A stretch of DNA of 28,368 bases. Origin: a virus. Its lineage: Duplodnaviria > Caudoviricetes. A program made the translations under genes and the position numbers. The stretch spans positions 1-28,368 of the IMG/VR virus record IMGVR_UViG_3300015050_000788; one strand, written 5' to 3'. Position 1 is the first letter of the stretch; each line of letters begins with the position of its first letter. The notes beneath the pieces were generated by a model. It was not told the origin of the DNA and did no database searches. It saw nothing but the letters and a program-made list of their open reading frames with translations. This document shows positions 16,891 to 23,454 of the stretch, one piece after another.

Positions 16891-17042
16891 GTGGCTGAGA
16901 GGTTTAAGGCAAAGGTCGCTCCTGTCCGCTAAAATAGTTCTCGGTAAAGTGGTGACATTCCGATGTTGGTTGGAATCGAGCTGGTTTATACGAGTAACGA
17001 ACCCAATCGGACCGCAGGTTCAAATCCTGCCGATGCTCTTCA
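16884..17042 (+). tRNA. tRNA-like RNA with a 103-nt insert in place of the anticodon and variable arms; no assignable anticodon
   Basis: Acceptor GAGCATCG/CGATGCTC, D-arm TGGCTGAGAGGTTTAAGGC, T-arm GCAGG-TTCAAAT-CCTGC. Confidence 0.7.
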
Positions 17043-17055
17043 ACTCCCGGGAACA

Positions 17056-17170
17056 TTTGAAAGAGTGCGTGATATAACTCCCGGACATCGAGTGTGCTGA
17101 TGTACCTATAAGTATCCCGTCCAGATCCCAATGACGTTAAAGTAGGGCGGGTGATTCCAGCACTTTCAAA
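17056..17170 (+). ncRNA. Three-way structured RNA element
   Basis: Closing helix TTTGAAA(GA)GTGC / GCACTTTCAAA; inner ACATCG/TGATGT and CCCGTCC/GGGCGGG. Confidence 0.5.
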
Positions 17171-17177
17171 AATTGGA

Positions 17178-17348
17178 GGCCTTTCGGTGTAGGTTAACCG
17201 TTCAACTTTTGACCACAAGGTCACGGAAAAAAGGCCGGTTCGATTCCGGCTCGGTGGCTGAGTTCTGGTGAGAAGGGAGTCAGGTTCAAATCCTGATGAT
17301 TGTCTTCGCGCTTGACAACGCGGAGTAACTCTGGTGAGACAAAAGCCA
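17178..17348 (+). ncRNA. Two further T-loop-containing tRNA-like elements
   Basis: GCCGG-TTCGATT-CCGGC (17234-17250) and TCAGG-TTCAAAT-CCTGA (17280-17296), without complete cloverleaves. Confidence 0.55.
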
Positions 17349-17389
17349 ACTAGCTAACATACCTAGGTCAATGTATGTCAAACTTTCCG

Positions 17390-17489
17390 ACCCACCAACA
17401 CGGCTAAGAATACCGAGAGTTAGACAGGCACATCTGGGAGCCGTTTAGCGTGCAAAATCTCGGTACCTTGTGTTGGTGGGTTTCTCTTT
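17390..17489 (+). ncRNA. Long bulged hairpin ending the RNA cluster, with U-rich tail
   Basis: ACCCACCAACAC/GTGTTGGTGGGT, TACCGAGA/TCTCGGTA, GTTAGAC(A)GGC/GCCGTTTAGC, then TTCTCTTT. Confidence 0.6.
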
Positions 17490-17539
17490 GTAGATAAGGC
17501 CGGGCGCGGCAGCGCCAACGGCAGGGAGGCAGTCCACCG

Positions 17540-17555
17540 TGGCATAGAGCCTGCT
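17540..17555 (+). promoter_or_regulatory. sigma54-type promoter P4
   Basis: TGGCATAGAGCCTGCT; 14 of 16 positions identical to P3. Confidence 0.75.
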
Positions 17556-17622
17556 TGTTCTTGTTGTTCGCTCTGGAATGTTTCCACGGCAAACACTTTA
17601 ACAAGCAGGTTTTGTTTTTGTT

Positions 17623-17937
17623 ATGAAGACTATTCACTTCCGTGCAGACCAAATCATCGAACAAGCAACTAAAGACAACGCAAAGCGTATGATCGGAAAT
17701 CGTTATTTTGTCTTGTTCTACTACGACACCGATTTAAGACTTCACGTGTACGACACGCGCGAAATCGCTAAATGCAACGACGCTGTGATTGCCAAGAATC
17801 CCAGCTACGTTTTGATTGCTGTTGAAAGCTTTCCTGACGAGCGCAGTTGCCGTGATTGCTGTGCGTCTGTGCGACTTACTGAGCGCATTCATGAATCCTT
17901 CCAAAAGCTTGCAAAAGAGCAACTGGGTTTAAGTTAA
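17623..17937 (+). CDS. Hypothetical protein, probable paralogue of 15744-16046
   Basis: Gapless alignment by eye; first gene after P4. Confidence 0.7.
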   Translation: MKTIHFRADQIIEQATKDNAKRMIGNRYFVLFYYDTDLRLHVYDTREIAKCNDAVIAKNPSYVLIAVESFPDERSCRDCCASVRLTERIHESFQKLAKEQLGLS

Positions 17938-17977
17938 GCTCCGCGGGGCCGCTGCCGCGGCCAGCCCAACAACCCAG

Positions 17978-17993
17978 CGGCCTTGGACTTGCT
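17978..17993 (+). promoter_or_regulatory. sigma54-type promoter P5 (weaker -24 box)
   Basis: CGGCCTTGGACTTGCT; predicted +1 coincides with the ATG at 18004. Confidence 0.5.
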
Positions 17994-18003
17994 CTAACAT
18001 CTC

Positions 18004-18156
18004 ATGTTACGCAAGTTACTACTTCCAATCCTCGCCGCCCTACTTGTCCCCATTACGTTAACCGCTGCCGGTTTACTAATGGGGATTTTTCTTGCCTCCA
18101 CGCTAACTGGCCTGATTGGTTGGCTAAAACTACTCAATCGCATCCTGGACCTATGA
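18004..18156 (+). CDS. 50-aa membrane protein
   Basis: MLRKLLLPILAALLVPITLTAAGLLMGIFLASTLTGLIGWLKLLNRILDL; stop overlaps the next ATG (ATGA). Confidence 0.65.
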   Translation: MLRKLLLPILAALLVPITLTAAGLLMGIFLASTLTGLIGWLKLLNRILDL

Positions 18157-18317
18157 CCAAAGTTGACCTCAAAATCTTAACGGACTCCGCCGAGATTCGC
18201 GCCGCGCTGACTAAGCTCTCCGAGCGACAACTTCAGAAATACAATAGTCACCGAGATTCGATGTTAGCGGCGCGTCCCGACGGCACCGTTATTGTCTATC
18301 GACCCACACAGAAATGA
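18153..18317 (+). CDS. Hypothetical protein
   Basis: ATGA-coupled on both sides; start MTKVDLK. Confidence 0.6.
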   Translation: MTKVDLKILTDSAEIRAALTKLSERQLQKYNSHRDSMLAARPDGTVIVYRPTQK

Positions 18318-18538
18318 ACAAACCGCCATCCGTCGCCGTGATAATGTTTCAAACCCCGCGCCGCTTCTATCGTCTCGACGTTGACCGCGTGACATTCAAT
18401 AACCTCCTTGCTAAAGGCGCCGAACTAACCGCGCTTGTCATTGGAACCGAACTTTATCGCCGCAAGACACTTACGTCTAAACAACGCTTCGTGTCTGCGG
18501 GGATTGTTGGACAATTAATTGACACCTTCGAACTATGA
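18314..18538 (+). CDS. Hypothetical protein
   Basis: Part of the ATGA-coupled chain. Confidence 0.65.
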   Translation: MNKPPSVAVIMFQTPRRFYRLDVDRVTFNNLLAKGAELTALVIGTELYRRKTLTSKQRFVSAGIVGQLIDTFEL

Positions 18539-18789
18539 GTGACACACCAAGAACGGATGCGGCCCGATGGGACGATAACGATCCGTACGAAGCAATGGCC
18601 CACGAGTGCAGTAAAATGGAGCGCGAACTCACCGCAGCCCGCGCCGAGATTGAGCGGCTGCGCGGGGAGATTGAGCAAGCCTATTTGGAGGGTTGCATCG
18701 ACGGGCACAACGCGGCCCATCCAGAAAGCAATGGTAAGGACAAGTGGGAATATTCCCGCGCCAAGCGCATCTCGGAGGGTAAGGAATGA
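18535..18789 (+). CDS. Phage protein with MSDTPRTDA start and short coiled coil
   Basis: MSDTPRTDA...ERELTAARAEIERLR is a recurrent small-phage-protein pattern. Confidence 0.7.
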   Translation: MSDTPRTDAARWDDNDPYEAMAHECSKMERELTAARAEIERLRGEIEQAYLEGCIDGHNAAHPESNGKDKWEYSRAKRISEGKE

Positions 18790-18935
18790 CAACCCAACAA
18801 CTCTACGCAACCATTATTCTCACACTGTTGGCTCTGACAATCGGCGCAGTTGAAGCGATCTATGGTCTATGGTCCGCACTGGCTGTCTGTGTGATGATTG
18901 CGGGCGGTGGACTTTTTCTCATTAGAAAGTTATGA
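18786..18935 (+). CDS. 49-aa two-helix membrane protein
   Basis: MTTQQLYATIILTLLALTIGAVEAIYGLWSALAVCVMIAGGGLFLIRKL; ATGA overlaps at both ends. Confidence 0.65.
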   Translation: MTTQQLYATIILTLLALTIGAVEAIYGLWSALAVCVMIAGGGLFLIRKL

Positions 18936-19342
18936 AACTCAAGTATGATACAAGCACCTTAAACGGCAAAATTGCTGTTATGCAAGAATATGAACGTACA
19001 GGAAAACGTCCTATGTGCAGAGGAGGACTCGATAAGAACTTCCGCCCGTTAAGTACATCACCCTTCTGGCAATGGAATGATCTTGACTACAACTATCCCG
19101 TCGAACCTACGCTCAAGCCGTGGACGTTTGAAACGACGCCCAAATCTTATATGTTGCTCAAACGTAAAGCGCAAGAACCACTGATTGTTGTTGTTGCAGT
19201 CGCTTGGACAAAATCTGCCATACGCACATTACATCCTAATTTCGACGCCGCGACGTATACGTTTGATTATCTGCTCGAACATTTTGAACACTCTCTCGAC
19301 GCTGGCAAAACCTGGCAACCTTGTGGAACTTATGAATCCTAA
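18932..19342 (+). CDS. Hypothetical phage protein
   Basis: 136 aa; PFWQWNDLDY and DAGKTWQPCG motifs. Confidence 0.7.
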   Translation: MKLKYDTSTLNGKIAVMQEYERTGKRPMCRGGLDKNFRPLSTSPFWQWNDLDYNYPVEPTLKPWTFETTPKSYMLLKRKAQEPLIVVVAVAWTKSAIRTLHPNFDAATYTFDYLLEHFEHSLDAGKTWQPCGTYES

Positions 19343-19544
19343 AGATCTCAAACGACTAGAACGATTCACCGCCGCGGCTCTGTCGGGCTTGTGCGCGAAT
19401 CATGAGACGCTCAAAATAGCATTGTCCATAGACAGAGACTCCAATGTTACTGAAGGCAGTACAATCGGAGCCTTGTCTGTACAGATGGCAACACTCACAC
19501 TCAAGTCATTAGACCAATATGCCTCAAATCAATCCACCACCTAA
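19332..19544 (+). CDS. Hypothetical phage protein
   Basis: Likely start MNPKDLKR; ERFTAAALSGLCAN resembles the common phage 'FA..A.QGL.A' motif. Confidence 0.65.
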   Translation: MNPKDLKRLERFTAAALSGLCANHETLKIALSIDRDSNVTEGSTIGALSVQMATLTLKSLDQYASNQSTT

Positions 19545-19776
19545 AATTAATCCCTACGGCGGTTTCGGCGACGAGGTCGGCCCGACGCGCGGAACGTTGT
19601 CACCAAACCCTGACGCCGTAATCAACAATCTCTCAGCGCAACTAGATAACGCTCTCGCGCTAGTCGTTAAGAAGCAGAAGTCTCTTGACGAACTACGCGC
19701 CGCGCTGCGAGAACGATTGAACAAAGAACCTCTTACTTTCCTTAAGATTGATCTACTCAACATCATTGATCTATGA
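19519..19776 (+). CDS. Hypothetical protein
   Basis: 85 aa with a coiled-coil C-terminal half. Confidence 0.6.
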   Translation: MPQINPPPKINPYGGFGDEVGPTRGTLSPNPDAVINNLSAQLDNALALVVKKQKSLDELRAALRERLNKEPLTFLKIDLLNIIDL

Positions 19777-19979
19777 AAGACAACTCCTACAAAATCTCTC
19801 GTTCATACGCGCGCGGCTGCGCGGTCACAAGTCTAGACGCACTTCCTAAACATGACGGTTGTGCTAAACCATTTGACATGCGTGCCTGGGAACGGCGCCG
19901 AGCGGAACAGGGACGACCACTTACTACTGTTTCTAACCACAAACCTCGTGGCAAACAAAAGATAGGAGCTTTAATGTGA
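19773..19979 (+). CDS. Hypothetical protein
   Basis: Coupled overlaps on both sides. Confidence 0.55.
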   Translation: MKDNSYKISRSYARGCAVTSLDALPKHDGCAKPFDMRAWERRRAEQGRPLTTVSNHKPRGKQKIGALM

Positions 19980-20230
19980 AACCCCTAACCTTCCACGAAC
20001 TTCGCGTCCGGCTTGGGCGGCGCGAGTTGACACCCGAAGAACATAACATCGAGACTATTCTCGACACAGCAACAAAGCGCATCTGGCGCCTATCACCGCA
20101 AGAAAAACGAGTAATGCGAGCGGTGAACGACTGGCCCCGCGAATCCCAGCGCAACATCGCTTGGAGTCTCGGACTCAAACTCAAAACCTTCAAAGCGCAT
20201 TTGCTTAATGCGAGGAAGAAATTAAAATGA
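19976..20230 (+). CDS. Stand-alone LuxR / sigma70 region 4-type HTH protein
   Basis: LSPQEKRV...SQRNIAWSLGLKLKTFKAHLLNARKKL. Confidence 0.75.
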   Translation: MKPLTFHELRVRLGRRELTPEEHNIETILDTATKRIWRLSPQEKRVMRAVNDWPRESQRNIAWSLGLKLKTFKAHLLNARKKLK

Positions 20231-20448
20231 AACCAATCTTCATTTCAACCCATCTCCTCGCCGTCGGGCTCGGACTTGGACTCGGCGCGGTGTTAAGTAA
20301 CACCGACTCCAAACGCATATTTGCCGCGGGCGCAATAGCTGGTATTAACATTTCAGTAATTGATAATGGTCTTCGCCGGCAAGGCGTAACACTGTCACAA
20401 GATGAGATCAAGAAACTAATCAATAACGAATGGCTTAAGTTTAAATGA
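20227..20448 (+). CDS. Small hydrophobic protein
   Basis: Two hydrophobic Gly-rich segments; ATGA-coupled. Confidence 0.6.
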   Translation: MKPIFISTHLLAVGLGLGLGAVLSNTDSKRIFAAGAIAGINISVIDNGLRRQGVTLSQDEIKKLINNEWLKFK

Positions 20449-20699
20449 ACTCCCCGCGTTGTCCCCGCTGTCTCAAGTCAATGCCCGCCGAACGTAAGTC
20501 CGCCGGGTTCGCAATGTGTGTCTCATGTTCTCCACAAATCGCGCTCAAAGGCGCCAACATCTACGGCCATAAGACCGCCGGTGCGGTCGAGATTATGCAT
20601 CCTGACACGTATCGTAACTATAAACGGGTTAGCTCGCGGAAGGCTAAGGGTACGCATGGGCCGAGTTTTCAGCGCGGTACAACCGCTGTCTACCGATGA
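20445..20699 (+). CDS. C4 zinc-finger protein, DksA/TraR-finger-like
   Basis: CPRC...MPAER......CVSC. Confidence 0.6.
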   Translation: MNSPRCPRCLKSMPAERKSAGFAMCVSCSPQIALKGANIYGHKTAGAVEIMHPDTYRNYKRVSSRKAKGTHGPSFQRGTTAVYR

Positions 20700-21625
20700 T
20701 CTCTATAATAATTCCAACTCGTAACCGCCCCGCGCTCTTGCGGCGCGCGATGGAATCCGTCCTCAGTCAAAGTCACGGAAACTTTGAACTAATCGTCGTG
20801 GATAACTCAGACGGCTATGATCCGCGAATCGCTGATCTTGATCGTATCGAAGACGACCCCGGCAGAATTCGTTATCTTCCGCCCGGCGACCGTTTACCGA
20901 TGTGGGATAACTGGCGTCGCGGCTTTAACGCTGCGCGCGGCGACTGGATTATGTTCCTTCCTGATAAGTGCATTCTCGTGCCGGGCGCCTTACACGCGCT
21001 TATCTCTCAACAGCTTTCTCCCGAGTGGATTTATACGTGGGAGATCAGTTACGGCGTAAAGCCCCGCGCCGCGCGGACTGAACGTAACTATCAAGAGTTC
21101 AGCGTAGAACAAACCTTCTCTCATACACGCACACACGCCGAACTTTCTAACGTCTTTCCGCACGGCATGAACGCGCTCTATCCGCTCGGACTACTACACG
21201 ACTGGTTCTTCCAATCTTCATGCCCTGACTACTACGCAGGCTGTTGTGCTCTCTATAAGTCAAAGGGCGTCCGACATCTACCACAACCGCTAACTTATGT
21301 CCCGCGCAATAATCCATTGCTTGCTTCGACAGGCGCAATGGTCGCGCTCAGTCATCCCGGCGCGACCGAATATCTAAAAGACGTTCATCTTCCGGGCGGC
21401 GAGCTAGTTGATCCAACGTATTGCTGGGGTTACGTCGAGAAGATCCTTTATCTTCCGTTTAATTTCGCGGCGTATCTGCGCCATACGCTTAATCGCGCCC
21501 GCGCAGGCTGTTCGACGGACAAGCAAGTCAAATTCATCTTAGCTAACTGGAAAGACTTTCTTGCCGCCGCGCCGAGCACGTTCATTTCAATCCTATCCCA
21601 ACTCGTCAAGCGTGCGCGGGAATAA
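20696..21625 (+). CDS. Glycosyltransferase family 2
   Basis: ISIIIPTRNR..LLRRAMESVLSQ...NFELIVVDNS...GFNAARGDWIMFL. Confidence 0.9.
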   Translation: MISIIIPTRNRPALLRRAMESVLSQSHGNFELIVVDNSDGYDPRIADLDRIEDDPGRIRYLPPGDRLPMWDNWRRGFNAARGDWIMFLPDKCILVPGALHALISQQLSPEWIYTWEISYGVKPRAARTERNYQEFSVEQTFSHTRTHAELSNVFPHGMNALYPLGLLHDWFFQSSCPDYYAGCCALYKSKGVRHLPQPLTYVPRNNPLLASTGAMVALSHPGATEYLKDVHLPGGELVDPTYCWGYVEKILYLPFNFAAYLRHTLNRARAGCSTDKQVKFILANWKDFLAAAPSTFISILSQLVKRARE

Positions 21626-21629
21626 TCCT

Positions 21630-21645
21630 TGGCACGCCACAAGCT
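21630..21645 (+). promoter_or_regulatory. sigma54-type promoter P6 (AAGCT class)
   Basis: TGGCACGCCACAAGCT; 14 of 16 positions identical to the virion-operon promoter. Confidence 0.7.
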
Positions 21646-21717
21646 TAGTCCTAATTCCTAATTTCTAACGCCTCCGCTGCACAGCGTTAAATGTGTGGCA
21701 AAACAAAGTAACATAAC

Positions 21718-22344
21718 ATGTCTGATAATACCCCTGTAGAAGTTCCCACCGAAAACGTGACCATTGGCGGAACGGTCTTTCCGTTCACCGAGATCACTGA
21801 ACCCGGACGTAAGTCCAAGAAGAATCCCACGCCGGCGCCGACGATCTACGTCCGTCCGGTTCTCAACGGCCTGGACGAACACGTTGAGTTCGTGAAGTCC
21901 ATGCTTGTCTCCGCCGGGGACAAAGCCGTCGATCTGTTCGACAAGTTGTTCGTCCCGCACTTCAAGACCGTGTCTGATAATGGTCTGTACAACAAGGACG
22001 GCTCCGTCAGTCTTGAGAAGTTGCCCTCGTTGCTGGTCGCCCTCCGCCACAGCAAGTCCGGACCGTCGCTCGAAGACCTCGAACGCCTCAAGGACGAACT
22101 CAACGCCGAGTGTTTGGAGATTCTCGCGCTGGTGTCGTTGCAGCGCCGCGACTCGGCCGCGTACGTCGCCGAGCTCGAAAAACAGGGTCTCACCGAAGAC
22201 CAGTACGTTGTCAAGTGTTTGTCCGTTCAGCAACGGCTCCAAGATGTGCAGCGCGCTCATCTCGAAGCGCAGCAGGCTAAGGCCGCTCGCGCCGCGAACC
22301 GTGCCGCGAAGCAGGCTAAGGATGCTGGCAACGCGGCGGTGTAA
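21718..22344 (+). CDS. Hypothetical protein in its own transcription unit
   Basis: 208 aa with a helical Ala/Lys-rich tail; flanked by P6 and a terminator. Confidence 0.8.
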   Translation: MSDNTPVEVPTENVTIGGTVFPFTEITEPGRKSKKNPTPAPTIYVRPVLNGLDEHVEFVKSMLVSAGDKAVDLFDKLFVPHFKTVSDNGLYNKDGSVSLEKLPSLLVALRHSKSGPSLEDLERLKDELNAECLEILALVSLQRRDSAAYVAELEKQGLTEDQYVVKCLSVQQRLQDVQRAHLEAQQAKAARAANRAAKQAKDAGNAAV

Positions 22345-22364
22345 GTAACGTTCCACCCAAACAG

Positions 22365-22404
22365 GACTCCCAGGATGTAAAAGTCCTGGGAGTTTTTTCT
22401 TTTT
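22365..22404 (+). terminator. Intrinsic terminator
   Basis: GACTCCCAGGA / TCCTGGGAGTT followed by TTTTCTTTTT. Confidence 0.85.
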
Positions 22405-22405
22405 A

Positions 22406-22421
22406 TGGCATACCGTTTGCT
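22406..22421 (+). promoter_or_regulatory. sigma54-type promoter P7 (helicase / activator operon)
   Basis: TGGCATACCGTTTGCT, directly after a terminator. Confidence 0.8.
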
Positions 22422-22441
22422 GACCCAGTTACACTCCTATC

Positions 22442-22651
22442 ATGAAAACCTTTGTATGCACTCAGTTCACAGGGCACTATCCTGTCGGTGTTGCTGCTGT
22501 TGTCATTGCTCCAGATAGAGTAACAGCGACGCTCATTCTTAATGAACAGCTGAAACAACGATTTCTTCCGGGCGATGCTGCTATTGTAAACATGATTGAA
22601 ATACCCACAGACTTACCGTCTTGTGTTATTCTAGCAGACGGAAACTATTAA
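22442..22651 (+). CDS. Hypothetical phage protein
   Basis: FTGHYPVGVAAVVIA...ILADGNY; first ORF after P7. Confidence 0.7.
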   Translation: MKTFVCTQFTGHYPVGVAAVVIAPDRVTATLILNEQLKQRFLPGDAAIVNMIEIPTDLPSCVILADGNY

Positions 22652-22652
22652 C

Positions 22653-23315
22653 ATGCCCATCTCCCTCTCCTTAAACCAAATCATCGCCCTGCTCGACGGC
22701 GACGACGAACTCTCCGCCGAGCGCGGCTGGCTGATTCGTAACACGTTCGCCGCCGCGGAATGCACAGTAATTCGCGCCGAACTCGCGGCAAAGATACGCG
22801 CTGAAGATCCCGCCGGGCAGATCATCCACATTCAGTCTTACGTCATGGCCGAGTCCGGCGTGACAGTACATACCGCGTGGACTCCAATTACGTGGCACGA
22901 ATCATCCGAACGGCGCCGCTTACACCAGTTGAACAACTCAACCTGGCGTAAAGAACAGAACGAAAAACACCAGTGCTACGCCGCGGCGGAAGAACTTGGC
23001 CGGCGCATCACCGCCGCATTTGGAATCCCCGCGAAGACATACGTCAGTATGTTTATCGTACAAGCAGAAAAATTCAAATTTAATCCCGAAGAATTCAAAG
23101 CCTATCTCGAAGAAGCAGACAAGAAATTCAATATCTCGCAAGCATATGAACTCATCACAAGAAAAACCGAAACAGAAGAAAGTCCCCGCGGATCTCAAGA
23201 AGTTCCTATCGAGTCAGAAGAAGGTAATACGTTCTCTCGACAGACAGATTCGCTTGGCAACATTGCAATCGGAGAAGATTACAGACAAGATTCAAACGCT
23301 AATGGAAATCAATGA
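22653..23315 (+). CDS. Hypothetical protein
   Basis: 220-aa ORF starting 1 nt after the previous stop. Confidence 0.65.
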   Translation: MPISLSLNQIIALLDGDDELSAERGWLIRNTFAAAECTVIRAELAAKIRAEDPAGQIIHIQSYVMAESGVTVHTAWTPITWHESSERRRLHQLNNSTWRKEQNEKHQCYAAAEELGRRITAAFGIPAKTYVSMFIVQAEKFKFNPEEFKAYLEEADKKFNISQAYELITRKTETEESPRGSQEVPIESEEGNTFSRQTDSLGNIAIGEDYRQDSNANGNQ

Positions 23316-23454
23316 CAAGATCTTGAAGTCCAAGCTTACGTCTATGACGTATCGCGAACGCGAACTCAAAGCCATCCAACTCGAAGCCGTTAAGCTTCGC
23401 GGCGACCTCGATCCGATTGAACTGGGTGAAGTTCTGTCCACGTACCTAAAATGA
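23146..23454 (+). CDS. Coiled-coil protein overlapping the upstream ORF
   Basis: MNSSQEKPK...; stop is ATGA-coupled to the helicase; start position uncertain. Confidence 0.55.
   Translation: MNSSQEKPKQKKVPADLKKFLSSQKKVIRSLDRQIRLATLQSEKITDKIQTLMEINDKILKSKLTSMTYRERELKAIQLEAVKLRGDLDPIELGEVLSTYLK

Noticed and set aside
16911-17013. Group I intron or tmRNA explanation for the tRNA insert
   Set aside because: Too short, no recognisable catalytic core, no G3-U70 alanine identity pair and no tag reading frame.
17293-17325. Hammerhead ribozyme (CTGATGA followed by a TTGTC/GACAA stem)
   Set aside because: The required GAAA after stem II is missing (CGCG instead), and CTGA is part of a T-arm stem.
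16904-17664. Minus-strand ORFs 16904-17224 and 17404-17664
   Set aside because: Antisense to the structured RNA cluster in an otherwise plus-strand arm; no protein-like features.
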